DNA of 64,000 nt, taken from NCBI RefSeq assembly GCF_018402695.1, contig NZ_JAGYIM010000017.1, positions 56,074 through 120,073 of the forward strand, in the 5' to 3' direction. Position numbers and translations under genes: made by a program. Every line of letters starts with the position of its first letter. Within the stretch, counting starts at the first letter, position 1. A model generated the notes under the pieces. The model ran no database searches and was not told where the DNA came from. It saw nothing but the letters and a program-made list of their open reading frames with translations. The DNA comes from Arsukibacterium sp. (GTDB taxonomy: Bacteria; Pseudomonadota; Gammaproteobacteria; Enterobacterales; Alteromonadaceae). Shown here one piece after another: positions 5,382 to 16,143 of this stretch.

Positions 5382-7982
5382 TTACACCGCGCCCTGCAAG
5401 AAGTCCTGGGCGAAGCGCTGCAGAACACCGCCCGCTTCATAAATCGACAACTCTTCTGCTGTATCCAGCCGGCAGGTCATCGGCACTTCCAGCGTCTCGC
5501 CATTTTTACGGTGAATAACCAGCGTCAGCGTTGCCCGTGGTTTACGCTCACCTTTAACATCATAGGTTTCAGTGCCATCCAGCTGCAGCGTTTGCCGGGT
5601 CGTGCCGGGTTTAAACTCCAGCGGCAATACCCCCATACCAATTAAATTGGTACGGTGAATACGCTCAAAGCCCTCAGCGGCAATCGCCTGCACTCCGGCT
5701 AAGCGCACCCCTTTGGCGGCCCAGTCACGTGATGAACCCTGACCATAATCGGCACCAGCGACAATAATCAGCGGCTGCTTACGCTGCATATAGGTTTCAA
5801 TCGCTTCCCACATGCGGGTAACCTTGCCTTCTGGTTCCAGCCGGGTTAACGAGCCCTGCTTTACCTTGCCATCGACCACCGCCATTTCATTAATCAGCTT
5901 GGGGTTAGCAAAGGTGGCCCGTTGCGCGGTTAAATGATCGCCGCGGTGGGTGGCATAAGAGTTAAAGTCCTCTTCCGGCAGGCCCATTTTATGCAAATAC
6001 TCACCGGCAGCGCTGTCCAGCATAATGGCGTTTGACGGTGATAAATGGTCGGTCGTAATATTATCGCCCAGCACCGCCAGTGGCCGCATGCCGGTTAAGC
6101 TGCGCTCGCCGGCAATAGCGCCCTCGCCCTCTGTTGCCCAGTATGGCGGACGGCGAATATAGGTACTTTGTGGCCGCCAGTCGTACAGTGGCGTAACCTG
6201 CTCACCGTAATCAACATCTACCGCAAACATTGGCTCATACACCCGGCGGAATTGCTCAGGCTTAACGCTTTTGGCCACTACCGCATCAATTTCAGCATCG
6301 TCCGGCCAGATATCCTTTAAGGTAATGGCATTGCCTTTGTCGTCATAACCTAAGATATCTTTTTCAATATCAAAGCGGATAGTACCGGCGATAGCGTAGG
6401 CCACGACTAAGGCTGGCGAGGCTAAAAATGCCTGCTTAGCGTAAGGGTGAATACGGCCATCAAAGTTCCGGTTGCCCGATAACACCGCCGTGGCATATAA
6501 ATCACGCTCGATCACTTCTTGCTGGATCACCGGGTCCAGTGCACCACTCATACCATTGCAGGTAGTACAGGCAAAACCAACAATGCCAAAGCCCAGCTGT
6601 TCCAGCTCAGACAACAAATTGCCCTCTTCCAGATACAGCTGAACCGCTTTGGAGCCGGGTGCCAGTGAGGTTTTTACCCACGGCTTACGGGTTAAGCCTT
6701 TAGCATTGGCATTACGGGCCAGTAAGCCGGCGGCAATGACGTTGCGCGGGTTAGAAGTGTTGGTACAGCTGGTGATGGCAGCAATAATGACCGCGCCATC
6801 AGGCATTTTACCCTCTTCCAGTACATAGTTGCCGGCAATGCCACGGGCGGTTAAATCACTGGTGGCTAAACGGGCATGCGGATTAGACGGCCCGGCCATA
6901 GTGCGGCCAACACTGGATAAGTCAAACTTCAACACCCGCGGGTATTGTGCTGTTACCAGACTGTCGGCCCACAAACCTGCTGTTTTGGCATAGGTTTCGA
7001 CCAGTTGCACCTGTTTGGCTTCACGGCCGGTCAGGGTTAAATAATCCAGCGTTTGCTGATCAATATAAAACATGGCCGCGGTAGCACCATATTCCGGGGT
7101 CATATTAGATATCGTTGCCCGGTCACCTAAACTCAGGCTGCTGGCACCTTCGCCATAAAACTCTAAGTAGCTCGATACCACTTTTTCTTTACGTAAAAAC
7201 TCGGTCAGCGCCAGTACAATGTCGGTCGCCATAATGCCAGGCTGGGCCTTACCGGTCAGCTCTACCCCGATAATATCAGGCAGACGCATCCAGCTGGCGC
7301 GGCCAAGCATCACACTTTCCGCTTCTAAACCGCCGACACCAATGGCAATAACGCCCAGGGCATCAACATGCGGGGTGTGGCTGTCTGTACCTACTAAAGT
7401 GTCGGGAAACGCTACCCCATCCAGGGAGTGAATTACCGGCGACATCCGCTCTAAATTAATCTGGTGCATAATGCCGTTACCCGGTGGGATAACATCGACA
7501 TTCTTAAAGGCTTTTTTGGTCCAGTTAATAAAATGAAACCGGTCATCATTACGCCGGTCTTCGATGGCCCGGTTTTTTTCAAAGGCGTCTTTGTCAAAAC
7601 CACCGTGTTCTACTGCTAACGAGTGATCCACAATTAACTGGGTTGGCACTACCGGGTTTACTTTAGCCGGGTCGCCACCCTGCTCGGCGATGGCATCTCG
7701 CAGGCCGGCCAAATCGACCAACGCGGTCTGGCCTAAAATATCGTGGCAGACGACCCGGGCCGGATACCAAGGGAAATCCAGATCATTTTTGCGGTAAATA
7801 AACTGCTTTAAAGAAGCTGTTAAGCTCGCCGGATCACAACGGCGAACCAGGTTTTCGGCAAATACCCGTGAGGTATAAGGCAGTTTGGCGTAAGCGCCGG
7901 GTTCAATAGCATCGACGGCGGCCTGAGTATCAAAATACTCCAGGTTGGTGCCGGGCAGTTTTTTACGATAATCGCTGTTCAT
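5382..7982 (-). CDS. acnD: Fe/S-dependent 2-methylcitrate dehydratase AcnD
   Basis: 866-aa aconitase-family protein with an AcnD-type N-terminus (MNSDYRKKLPGT..EYFD), located between prpC and prpF. Confidence 0.95.
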   Translation of the reverse strand: MNSDYRKKLPGTNLEYFDTQAAVDAIEPGAYAKLPYTSRVFAENLVRRCDPASLTASLKQFIYRKNDLDFPWYPARVVCHDILGQTALVDLAGLRDAIAEQGGDPAKVNPVVPTQLIVDHSLAVEHGGFDKDAFEKNRAIEDRRNDDRFHFINWTKKAFKNVDVIPPGNGIMHQINLERMSPVIHSLDGVAFPDTLVGTDSHTPHVDALGVIAIGVGGLEAESVMLGRASWMRLPDIIGVELTGKAQPGIMATDIVLALTEFLRKEKVVSSYLEFYGEGASSLSLGDRATISNMTPEYGATAAMFYIDQQTLDYLTLTGREAKQVQLVETYAKTAGLWADSLVTAQYPRVLKFDLSSVGRTMAGPSNPHARLATSDLTARGIAGNYVLEEGKMPDGAVIIAAITSCTNTSNPRNVIAAGLLARNANAKGLTRKPWVKTSLAPGSKAVQLYLEEGNLLSELEQLGFGIVGFACTTCNGMSGALDPVIQQEVIERDLYATAVLSGNRNFDGRIHPYAKQAFLASPALVVAYAIAGTIRFDIEKDILGYDDKGNAITLKDIWPDDAEIDAVVAKSVKPEQFRRVYEPMFAVDVDYGEQVTPLYDWRPQSTYIRRPPYWATEGEGAIAGERSLTGMRPLAVLGDNITTDHLSPSNAIMLDSAAGEYLHKMGLPEEDFNSYATHRGDHLTAQRATFANPKLINEMAVVDGKVKQGSLTRLEPEGKVTRMWEAIETYMQRKQPLIIVAGADYGQGSSRDWAAKGVRLAGVQAIAAEGFERIHRTNLIGMGVLPLEFKPGTTRQTLQLDGTETYDVKGERKPRATLTLVIHRKNGETLEVPMTCRLDTAEELSIYEAGGVLQRFAQDFLQGAV

Positions 7983-8030
7983 TGTAGTTACCTGTCTGGC
8001 AGAAGAGAGTAAAGCCCGATATTACACAGT

Positions 8031-8120
8031 GGAAGAATCGGTTTGCCCTAAGCCGACCGTTGAAGCCCTGGACGGGCGGAAACGAGCCCCCATGGATGGG
8101 TTCACGGCGTGTCGGCGTGG
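8031..8120. repeat. long imperfect hairpin in the acnD-prpC spacer
   Basis: CGGTTTGCCCTAAGCCGAC (8031-8049) pairs with GTCGGCGTGGGCAAACCG (8103-8120). The interior is GC-rich. Confidence 0.45.
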
Positions 8121-8218
8121 GCAAACCGGTTCGTACACAAACTTACCGGTTTATTAGCTGGCTAAACGCTCTCTAAAAATTCGGGTTAATATGCAACCTA
8201 TCGGTTGGAATCCCGCCA

Positions 8219-8273
8219 TGCTCGCCACAGCAACTCGCCCTTATGCCTGCGGCAGGGCTCAGACACTCTGTGG
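8219..8273 (+). repeat. intergenic repeat copy C
   Basis: TGCTCGCCACAGCAACTCGCCCTTATGCCTGCGGCAGGGCTCAGACACTCTGTGG; see copies A and B. Confidence 0.65.
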
Positions 8274-8324
8274 CTGCGCTAACGGGTTCCAACCTCAGTT
8301 CCGTTTTACAGCTTTGCTAGTTAC

Positions 8325-9452
8325 TTACCGCTCGCCAATCGGTTTAACACTGCGTGGCTCAACACCAACATAGTCAGCACTTGGCCGGATAATGCGGTTA
8401 TCCGCGCGCTGCTCCATCACATGGGCAGCCCAGCCGGTTAAACGGCTGCAAACAAAAATTGGCGTAAACAGCTTGGTTGGAATACCCATGTAGTTGTAAG
8501 CCGACGCATGGAAAAAGTCGGCGTTACAAAATAACTTCTTCTCACGCCACATTACCGCTTCACAGCGCTCTGATACATCATATAAACGTGTGTCGCCATT
8601 AGCCTTAGCTAACTTTTCTGACCAGGCTTTTATAACCGCATTGCGAGGGTCGGAATCAGCATAAACCGCATGGCCAAAGCCCATAATTTTCTCTTTGCGT
8701 TCCAGCATCCCCAGCAGCTTTTGCTCTGCATCTTCTGGGTCTTTCATGTTTTCAATCAGTTCCATCGCCGCTTCGTTGGCACCACCATGCAACGGGCCGC
8801 GTAACGAGCCAATAGCACCGGTAATACAGGAATGCATATCGCTAAGGGTAGAGGCACAAACCCGGGCCGTAAAGGTAGAAGCGTTAAACTCATGCTCAGC
8901 ATATAAAATCAGCGACGCTTCCATCACCTGAGTGTGCAATGCGGTTGGCTTAACGCCATGCAGGGTCCATAAAAACTGTTCAGCGGTAGAATTTGCATCA
9001 GTTTCCACTTCAATCTGTTTATTATGATGACTGTAGTTGTACCAGTAATTCACCATACCCGGAAATATAGCCAGCATGCGGTCGGTAACATCTTGTTGCT
9101 CGGCAAAACGCTGCTCGGTTTCCAGGTTACCCAGCATAGAACAGCCGGTTCGCATCACATCCATTGGGTGGGCTGATGCCGGGATCCGCTCCAGCACATC
9201 TTTTAATGCCTGAGGTAATGCCCGCATGTTTTTCAATGTGGTTTTATATTGCGCCAGCTCGCTCTTGTTCGGCAGCTCGCCTTTTAAAATCAGAAACGCG
9301 ACTTCATCAAATTCGCAACTTGCGGCTAAATCTTTTACATCGTAACCCCGATAGGTTAAACCAGAACCCGTTTTACCAACCGTTGATAAAGCTGTTTTGC
9401 CGGCAACCTGACCACGCAGGCCGGCCCCTGATAATTGTTTTGCATTTGCCAT
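8325..9452 (-). CDS. prpC: 2-methylcitrate synthase
   Basis: 375-aa citrate synthase family protein in prp operon context. Confidence 0.95.
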   Translation of the reverse strand: MANAKQLSGAGLRGQVAGKTALSTVGKTGSGLTYRGYDVKDLAASCEFDEVAFLILKGELPNKSELAQYKTTLKNMRALPQALKDVLERIPASAHPMDVMRTGCSMLGNLETEQRFAEQQDVTDRMLAIFPGMVNYWYNYSHHNKQIEVETDANSTAEQFLWTLHGVKPTALHTQVMEASLILYAEHEFNASTFTARVCASTLSDMHSCITGAIGSLRGPLHGGANEAAMELIENMKDPEDAEQKLLGMLERKEKIMGFGHAVYADSDPRNAVIKAWSEKLAKANGDTRLYDVSERCEAVMWREKKLFCNADFFHASAYNYMGIPTKLFTPIFVCSRLTGWAAHVMEQRADNRIIRPSADYVGVEPRSVKPIGER

Positions 9453-9502
9453 TGTCTTGCTCCAATTCTTTGATAATTAACCTGTTAACTGCCAGCTGAC
9501 GC

Positions 9503-10393
9503 TTACTTGTTTTTACCGTCGCTAAACAATGCATCCAGTTTTTGCTCAAAGCTGTGATAATTTAAAAAGTCGTATAGTTCAGCGCGGGTCTGCATGCTGT
9601 CTACCACTGCTTTCTGATCGCCATTAGCCAGAATAGACTGATACACATTCAGCGCTGCTTTATTCATGGCTCGAAACGCACTTAGCGGATACAGCACCAT
9701 TGCTACGCCAACGCTGGCCAGCTCTGTTTTATTAAATAGTGGCGTCTGACCAAACTCAGTAATATTAGCCAGCACCGGTATTTTTAATGCGTTAGTGAAA
9801 GCCTGATATTGCTCTAGGGTATGAACTGCTTCGGCGAAAATAGCATCGGCGCCGGCAGCTTCACAGGCTAATGCCCGCTCCAGAGCCGCATCTACGCCTT
9901 GCTGCGCTAAAGCATCGGTTCTGGCCATAATAAAAAAGCTTTCATCATCACGCGCATCAACACTGGCTTTCACCCGGTCGACCATCTCATCTAAGCTGAC
10001 AATTTCTTTGTTGGGCCGGTGGCCACAACGCTTTTGCGCCACCTGATCTTCAATATGAAAACCCGCTGCGCCGGCCCGGCTCATTTCTTTCACGGTGCGG
10101 GCAATATTAAAGGCCCCGCCCCAACCGGTATCGGCATCAACTAAAAGTGGTACGCTGGTAGCGGCGGTAATCCGGCGGATATCTTCACAAACATCATTTA
10201 GCGATGTCATGCCAAGATCAGGCAAGCCAAAAGAGGCATTTGCAACACCTGCGCCAGACAAATAAATAGCCTGATGGCCACAACGTTCGGCCATCATTGC
10301 CGTGTAAGCGTTAATGGTACCGACTATTTGTAACGGTTGGTTTGCAGTTATAGCCGCGCGAAATTTAGCGCCGGCGGTCTGTGTATTAGCCAT
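9503..10393 (-). CDS. prpB: methylisocitrate lyase
   Basis: PEP mutase/isocitrate lyase family (..[10 protein letters not shown]..). Start placed at [11 protein letters not shown], 1 nt after the upstream gene's stop; the ORF maximum extends to 10426. Confidence 0.9.
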   Translation of the reverse strand: MANTQTAGAKFRAAITANQPLQIVGTINAYTAMMAERCGHQAIYLSGAGVANASFGLPDLGMTSLNDVCEDIRRITAATSVPLLVDADTGWGGAFNIARTVKEMSRAGAAGFHIEDQVAQKRCGHRPNKEIVSLDEMVDRVKASVDARDDESFFIMARTDALAQQGVDAALERALACEAAGADAIFAEAVHTLEQYQAFTNALKIPVLANITEFGQTPLFNKTELASVGVAMVLYPLSAFRAMNKAALNVYQSILANGDQKAVVDSMQTRAELYDFLNYHSFEQKLDALFSDGKNK

Positions 10394-10394
10394 A

Positions 10395-11078
10395 TCAGGT
10401 TCCCATTTGTTCAAGTTGTAATTCAATATTGCGTCGCGATGCGGCTATATGACGGCGCATCAGTAAATCGGCCAGCTCACCGTCCCGGTTAGCAATGGCA
10501 TTAATAATAGCTTTATGTTCATCAAACGCACGCGACACCCGTGGCCCATTCATGCCAAGCTGCACCCGGTACATTCGTACCAGGTAGTACAGCTCGTCAC
10601 ATAATATGTTGATTAAATAACTGTTTTTACTGCCGAGAATCACCCGGTAATGAAAGTCCAGGTCGCCCGCTTCCTGATAATAACTTTCGCCTTCGCGTAC
10701 CCGTTGCGATGACAGGTGTTGATCCAGTAACTGGCGGACTTCGGTAATCTCAGCGTCTGTCATATGTTCCGCTGCCAATTTGCAGGCCAACCCTTCCAGG
10801 TTTTCCCGCAGCTGATACAATGCCAGCAAACCAGCTGTCGACAACGTCACTACCCGGGCACCAGCATTCGGGATCCGTTCAATCAGATGACAGCGTTCCA
10901 GACGTGCCAGGGCTTCCCGCAGTGGTGCCCGGCTTAAGTCGAAGCGACGGGCCAGTTCCGGCTCACTTATTTTGCTGCCAGCAGCAATATCGCCATCAAC
11001 GATAGCCCGCTGAATTTCCTGCAAAACCCTATCGGCAGCAGTAACTGGTTGACGTAAAGCCGGATGCGCCTGATACAT
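10395..11078 (-). CDS. GntR-family (FadR/FCD-type) transcriptional regulator of the prp operon
   Basis: N-terminal winged HTH ([28 protein letters not shown]) plus an FCD-like C-domain. It is the first gene of the prp cluster. Confidence 0.85.
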   Translation of the reverse strand: MYQAHPALRQPVTAADRVLQEIQRAIVDGDIAAGSKISEPELARRFDLSRAPLREALARLERCHLIERIPNAGARVVTLSTAGLLALYQLRENLEGLACKLAAEHMTDAEITEVRQLLDQHLSSQRVREGESYYQEAGDLDFHYRVILGSKNSYLINILCDELYYLVRMYRVQLGMNGPRVSRAFDEHKAIINAIANRDGELADLLMRRHIAASRRNIELQLEQMGT

Positions 11079-11095
11079 AAATTGTCGACATAAAT
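11077..11095. promoter_or_regulatory. candidate GntR operator 1 (ATTGTCGACAT)
   Basis: The module CATAAATTGTCGACA..ATGCGCC is repeated at 11148-11167 and contains a GT..AC palindrome. Confidence 0.4.
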
Positions 11096-11147
11096 AATTT
11101 ATGCGCCCTTTTTATGCTTCTTAATGACCAGTGTCAAGCCTTGAAAG

Positions 11148-11167
11148 CATAAATTGTCGACAATATG
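11148..11167. promoter_or_regulatory. candidate GntR operator 2 (perfect palindrome ATTGTCGACAAT)
   Basis: 12-bp perfect palindrome at 11153-11164, ~70 nt upstream of the regulator's start. Confidence 0.45.
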
Positions 11168-11540
11168 CGCCTAAAGTAGTAGACAGGCTAGCAACCAAGA
11201 TGGCATAGCCGCTGCTGCTGCCTCAGTTAAATTACGTTGAGTAAAATTATTTTTTAGACTTTTTTATTATTAACAAATTAACAATCTATACAAATGTCTT
11301 ATAAAAAACATTTGCACCCAAATAAGGACAAAGGCTGCAATAACGCCATGCTGCGGCACAAAACAGGGGATAAGCTGGGTATAACCTGAGCGGAAACGGT
11401 GGGTAACTTTGCCAGAAAACAGAATTAAGGACCTGACAGCAACAGGAAAAAATGAATTAGCTTTACTACACTTGCCTTTACCTTATTTGCAACACTTTTT
11501 CGATAGCGCACGGCTCATTCCCTATGAGCCATTCCCCTAG

Positions 11541-11578
11541 GCCCAGAACAATTCGGATTGGTTCTGGGCTTCTTTTAT
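11541..11578 (+). terminator. strong orphan intrinsic terminator (plus strand)
   Basis: GCCCAGAACAAT-tcgg-ATTGTTCTGGGC is a 12-bp perfect stem followed by TTCTTTTAT. It is preceded by a second hairpin, GGCTCAT-tccct-ATGAGCC. There is no plus-strand ORF upstream. Confidence 0.65.
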
Positions 11579-11644
11579 CTGCAACTTCAAATAATTGTGA
11601 CAGCCAAGCCAGAATTCAGCGTAATGCTGAATTAAAGCCAAGGG

Positions 11645-12424
11645 TTAAGCTGGTTTGCAAAGTGGAAATAACTGATAAAAGTTAGCGGTAGTCTGCTCTG
11701 CCAGACGGGCCACGCTGATGCCCCGTAACTCACTGATGGCATCGGCTACGGCGGTAACATAAGCCGGTTGATTGGTTTTGCCCCGGTAAGGCACCGGGGC
11801 AAGATAGGGTGAGTCGGTTTCAATTAACAGGCGGTCCAGCGGTAACTTCTTTACAACGGCGCGCAGCTCATCAGCATTTCGAAAGGTCATAATCCCGGAA
11901 ATAGAAATATAAAACCCTAAATCTAGGGCGGCTTTCGCCATCTCGTAGCTTTCGGTAAAGCAATGCAATACCCCACCCGCCTGTTCAGCCTGGTGTGACT
12001 TCAGTAAGGCGATAGTGTCACTTCTGGCATCACGGGTGTGGACAATAAGGGGCTTTTTAACCTGGCGAGCCACGTCTATGTGGCTGACAAACGCCTGTTG
12101 CTGGGCCAGCTTAGACTCTGGCGCATAAAAGTAATCAAGACCAGTTTCACCGACAGCCACTACCTTCGGTTGCTGACATAAAGTGAGTAACTGTTGAGGG
12201 TCTACCGTACCAGTCTGATGTAACGGATGTTCACCACAGGATACAGACACTTGCGGATAGTCAGCCACCGTGGCCGCCATCTCAGCAAATTCCGCCAGGC
12301 TGACCGACACACACAGCATATGCTCAACCTGGCGCTCAAGGGCAGCATTAATAACCTGCTCCAGGCTCAGACCCAGTTTGTCCAGCTCTAACCGGTCCAG
12401 ATGACAATGAGAATCTACAAACAA
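11645..12424 (-). CDS. TatD-family metal-dependent hydrolase (YcfH-like)
   Basis: The FVDSHCHLD motif is near the start, in holB-pilZ-tatD synteny. Start proposed at the TTG at 12424, which has an AGAGG SD. The 281-aa ORF maximum overlaps pilZ. Confidence 0.85.
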   Translation of the reverse strand: MFVDSHCHLDRLELDKLGLSLEQVINAALERQVEHMLCVSVSLAEFAEMAATVADYPQVSVSCGEHPLHQTGTVDPQQLLTLCQQPKVVAVGETGLDYFYAPESKLAQQQAFVSHIDVARQVKKPLIVHTRDARSDTIALLKSHQAEQAGGVLHCFTESYEMAKAALDLGFYISISGIMTFRNADELRAVVKKLPLDRLLIETDSPYLAPVPYRGKTNQPAYVTAVADAISELRGISVARLAEQTTANFYQLFPLCKPA

Positions 12425-12446
12425 AACAACCTCTGAAATATGTCGA

Positions 12447-12773
12447 TTACATGGTATAGGTGGGATCGGTACTGTTTTGCATACCGCCAATCAGTTTCTC
12501 TATTTTACCGGACAAATTCGCTTTATCATCAATAAAAGCTACGCCAATCCCTGCCGGATTAGCACTTTGTGAACCGTGCGGTGCTACCCAGGCCACCTTC
12601 CCAGTCACAACTAATGGCTCTAATGCATCTGGCAAGGTGACACTCAGGGCCAGTGACTGTCCCATCTTATACTGCCGGGCCGAGCGGATAAACAAACCAC
12701 CATTTTTAAAAAAAGGCATATAGCAGCGGTACAACTCTTTATTATCAGTAAAGCCAAGGGTCAGCTCTTCCAT
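12447..12773 (-). CDS. pilZ: type IV pilus assembly PilZ-domain protein
   Basis: 108-aa PilZ-like protein (..YMPFFKNGGLFI..) in the conserved position between holB and tatD. Confidence 0.8.
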   Translation of the reverse strand: MEELTLGFTDNKELYRCYMPFFKNGGLFIRSARQYKMGQSLALSVTLPDALEPLVVTGKVAWVAPHGSQSANPAGIGVAFIDDKANLSGKIEKLIGGMQNSTDPTYTM

Positions 12774-13684
12774 TTTGCCTCCTGATGTTGCAACAAGGTT
12801 TTCAATTCAGTTAATAAACCGGACAACGCTAAAGCACTATTTTGCCCTATAATCCGGGTCGCGTCACGACACCAACGCTGATATGCCGTTAAAACAGCCT
12901 GCTGCCGTGAAAACTCCAACGGGCCGGCCAGCCTTTTACGTAAATAATAACCCAGCAAACCACTGAGTTCAGCGTTACCATCCAGCTGCTTTACGACACG
13001 GGCTAACGGCAGTTGGCCACTAACATACTCATCCAGCAATTTCAGACTGTCACCCAGGCTGTCCGCGGTATTATCCGCCAGCAAACTAAGCGCTTTTAAC
13101 GGTGCGCCCTGACAGTAATCAACTAAAAAATCCGGTGGCGCTTGACTGGTTTGCTGGCGCAGCCACTGTGCTGTCTGAGCAGCATTGCCAGCAGCTAACA
13201 GCCATTGCTGACAGCGGCTACGAATGGTCGCTGACAACTGCGGATAGTTACTGGTTACCAACACAATAAAACAACCCGCTGGCGGCTCTTCCAGGGTTTT
13301 TAGCAGGGCGTTGGCCGCCGCTTCTGTCATCGTATCTGCCTGCGGAATAACAGCCACCCGGTAGCCATGCTGCTGTGCTGCGCCATGGGTAAACTGATTC
13401 AGTTGCCGGATAGCATCCACGCCAAGATGTTGGCTATCGCTGCGTAGCAGCAGTAAATCAGCATGGTTACCTGCTTGTCGCAATAAACAACTTTTACATT
13501 CACCACAGGCTCCTGCTGGCTGCCTGTTTTTACACAGTAACGTGGCAGCCAGCGCATCAGCCATTGCACCTTTACCAATACCCGCCGGGCCACTGAGAAT
13601 AAGGGCGTGAGCCAGTTGGTCATTGCTGATCAGCGTCTGCATCTGCTTAAACTGCGCAAGTAACCACGGATACAGTTCAGTCAT
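12761..13684 (-). CDS. holB: DNA polymerase III delta' subunit
   Basis: [28 protein letters not shown]. Start at the internal ATG at 13684, overlapping the tmk stop. The longer ORF is an artefactual extension. Confidence 0.85.
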   Translation of the reverse strand: MTELYPWLLAQFKQMQTLISNDQLAHALILSGPAGIGKGAMADALAATLLCKNRQPAGACGECKSCLLRQAGNHADLLLLRSDSQHLGVDAIRQLNQFTHGAAQQHGYRVAVIPQADTMTEAAANALLKTLEEPPAGCFIVLVTSNYPQLSATIRSRCQQWLLAAGNAAQTAQWLRQQTSQAPPDFLVDYCQGAPLKALSLLADNTADSLGDSLKLLDEYVSGQLPLARVVKQLDGNAELSGLLGYYLRKRLAGPLEFSRQQAVLTAYQRWCRDATRIIGQNSALALSGLLTELKTLLQHQEAKWKS

Positions 13685-14318
13685 CTGTTTGCCCGGTAAA
13701 ATGGTTATCCAGGGCGTTGATGATAGCCTGCTGCACCGCAGCCAAAGGCTGGCTGGCATCGATACTGACAATATTGGGTTCGGTTGCGGCAATTTGCAGG
13801 TATTTTTGCCGGGTTCTGACAAAAAATGCCAGCTGCTCCTGCTCAATCCGGTCCAGCTCACCGCGGGCGGCAGCACGGCTTAGCCCCACTGCCGGGTCGA
13901 TATCAAGATAGAGCGTCAGATCAGGCCGGGTATTACCCAGCACCGTAGTGCGCAGGTTATTAATTAGCTGCTCATCTAACTGGCGACCGCCCCCCTGATA
14001 AGCGCGGGAAGACATATCATGGCGGTCAGCCAGCACCCAGTCGCCACGGCTCAGTGCAGGCCGGATAATGTTGGTCAGTAGCTGCACCCTTGCGGCATAC
14101 ATCAGTAGCAACTCCGTTTCCGGCGCCAGTTGTTCATTGCTATCAACCTGCTTTACCAGGGTTCGCAGCTTTTCAGCCAGCGGGGTGCCGCCGGGCTCAC
14201 GGGTAGATACCACCTGCAGATGTCGTTGCTGCAGCCAATGAGTAATAGTTGTGATGGCACTGCTTTTTCCGGCACCTTCCAGCCCTTCCACTACAATAAA
14301 TTTGCCGGGCTTAATCAT
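13677..14318 (-). CDS. tmk: thymidylate kinase
   Basis: [17 protein letters not shown]-loop; family-typical length of 213 aa. Confidence 0.95.
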   Translation of the reverse strand: MIKPGKFIVVEGLEGAGKSSAITTITHWLQQRHLQVVSTREPGGTPLAEKLRTLVKQVDSNEQLAPETELLLMYAARVQLLTNIIRPALSRGDWVLADRHDMSSRAYQGGGRQLDEQLINNLRTTVLGNTRPDLTLYLDIDPAVGLSRAAARGELDRIEQEQLAFFVRTRQKYLQIAATEPNIVSIDASQPLAAVQQAIINALDNHFTGQTDD

Positions 14319-15327
14319 CGTTTTTTCCCAATATGTACTTCCTTACCGCGGCATTATGTTGCTCCAGCGTTTCTGAAAACACATGAGCGCCATCACCACG
14401 GCTGACAAAATAAAAATAATCGCTGACATCCGGCTGCGCAGCCGCCTGCAAGGCACTGCTCCCGACAAGTGAAATCGGTCCTGGTGGTAAACCATGATGA
14501 CGATAGGTATTGTACGGATGCGGATTGCGTAAATCGGCATAGGTTATCCGGCCGCTGTAGTCTGTTGAGCCATAAATTACGGTGGGATCGGTTTGCAGCC
14601 GCATATTATTGTTTAAACGGTTAACAAATACTGAGCTGACCAGCGGCTTCTCTGCCAGTAAACCGCTTTCTTTTTCAATTAACGAGGCCATGATCAACAA
14701 TTGATAGCGGTTTTGCAGTGGTAATTCTCCCTGACGTTGTTGCCAGGCCTGGTCGAGTTGGCGCAGTAGTGCCTGTTGCGCACGTGTTATCAGGGCACTG
14801 GCAGGGCTGTTTGCGGTATAAAAATAAGTGTCAGCAAATAACAGGCCTTCCGGGTGCTGAGGTTTGCCCCCCCACTCGGCTGGCCAGTTTAACAGCGCCA
14901 GTATTTGGCTGGTAGTGCTGACATCCTGTTGTAAGTATGCTGCCTGCTGCAACCTCGCCAGGGCTTGCTGCACTGTTTCCCCGTCAATAAAAGTCACGCT
15001 GAACTGGGCGACCTCCCCACTGGCAAACAACCGCAGCAATGACAACAGTGTCGCACCATCCGGCGTCTGGTATGTACCTTGTCTGACTTTAGCTAACTCA
15101 GGCTGCCACTTTAAATACAATCGCAGTAACTGACAGTCGATATCGTTAAGCTGGCCCTGTGCCAGCCACTGCTGACAAAGGCCCCGGGCGCTGCTGCCGG
15201 CGGGCACAGTGAAATAGGGCTCAGTCAGTTGCACCGGCCGCTGTTCCAGTTGTTTAAAACCGTATGCCAGAATTAGCACAGCGCTAATAGCGCTTAGCAA
15301 CAGAAAAACGAATAGTTTTTTAATCAT
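14311..15327 (-). CDS. mltG: endolytic murein transglycosylase MltG (YceG)
   Basis: N-terminal TM helix plus a YceG-like domain. The start forms an ATGA overlap with the pabC stop. Confidence 0.9.
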   Translation of the reverse strand: MIKKLFVFLLLSAISAVLILAYGFKQLEQRPVQLTEPYFTVPAGSSARGLCQQWLAQGQLNDIDCQLLRLYLKWQPELAKVRQGTYQTPDGATLLSLLRLFASGEVAQFSVTFIDGETVQQALARLQQAAYLQQDVSTTSQILALLNWPAEWGGKPQHPEGLLFADTYFYTANSPASALITRAQQALLRQLDQAWQQRQGELPLQNRYQLLIMASLIEKESGLLAEKPLVSSVFVNRLNNNMRLQTDPTVIYGSTDYSGRITYADLRNPHPYNTYRHHGLPPGPISLVGSSALQAAAQPDVSDYFYFVSRGDGAHVFSETLEQHNAAVRKYILGKNDD

Positions 15328-16106
15328 AAATGCCCGTTACACCAGGTTTTCGCCAACGTCAGATTAAGCGGCTGATTATTATAAGACTGTACCGGCACTA
15401 ATCCCATCAGAGCATTGGTCAGTACCATTGCATCAACCGTCGCTAACTCAGACAGCTGCCAGTTAACCAGCCCGATATCAGCATGCCGCGCTAACAGCTG
15501 GCTTCGCATAACACCGGCAACCCCTGCCCGGGTTAGCTCTGGCGTATACCAGCGTCCGGCGCGGTGCATAAACAGATTTGCAGCGATAGCTTCGGTAATA
15601 AAACCCTGCTGATCGCAGACCAGCAGATCTTCAGCCTGTCTGGCAATGGCTTCCTGTTTTAACAACACCTGTTCTAGCCGGTTACAGTGTTTTAAGCCCG
15701 CCAGCGCAGGTTGAACCGCAAGGCGCAGTTCAGCCAGCAGTAAATTAACACCTTGCCGCTGCCACTGGCGGTAATCTGGCAGCTGACTATGGCTGATAAA
15801 AATGCTGGCAGGTGCAATTCCCGCGGGGCTGTAGCCACGAAGGCCGTCACCGCGGGAAATCTGAATTTTTAATACCGCATCAGTCAGTTGTTCAGCTGCT
15901 ATTGTAGCCGCAACGGCGTTAGTGACCTGGTGCCAGTCAGCAATATCAATAGCCAGCTGGCGGGCACTATGCTGTAACCGTGCCAGATGCAACGGCCACA
16001 GCTGGGGTATGCCGTCAGTTACCCGGACCGTGCTGAAAAAGCCATCACCGTATAAAAAGCAGCGATCGTTGATACTGATAGTGTTGGTCACGTGACTGAT
16101 TAACAA
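15324..16106 (-). CDS. pabC: aminodeoxychorismate lyase
   Basis: Class IV aminotransferase fold (..FLYGDGFFST..) in fabF-pabC-mltG synteny. The start is non-ATG (TTG at 16106, or GTG at 16091). Confidence 0.8.
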   Translation of the reverse strand: MLISHVTNTISINDRCFLYGDGFFSTVRVTDGIPQLWPLHLARLQHSARQLAIDIADWHQVTNAVAATIAAEQLTDAVLKIQISRGDGLRGYSPAGIAPASIFISHSQLPDYRQWQRQGVNLLLAELRLAVQPALAGLKHCNRLEQVLLKQEAIARQAEDLLVCDQQGFITEAIAANLFMHRAGRWYTPELTRAGVAGVMRSQLLARHADIGLVNWQLSELATVDAMVLTNALMGLVPVQSYNNQPLNLTLAKTWCNGHL

Positions 16107-16143
16107 CCGGGAAATAAGGCCGAGTATGCCTTAAATTGCAGAT

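Noticed and set aside
12761-13876. Long N-terminal extensions in the ORF track: holB to 13876, prpF to 5138, prpB to 10426, maf from 22434, crbR from 31889, sdhB to 63916, tatD to 12490, earP to 46223, ydbT-like to 43257, and the 196-aa ORF to 47067.
   Set aside because: The extensions overlap the upstream gene and lack family similarity. Internal starts with SDs or stop-start coupling match the conserved N-termini.
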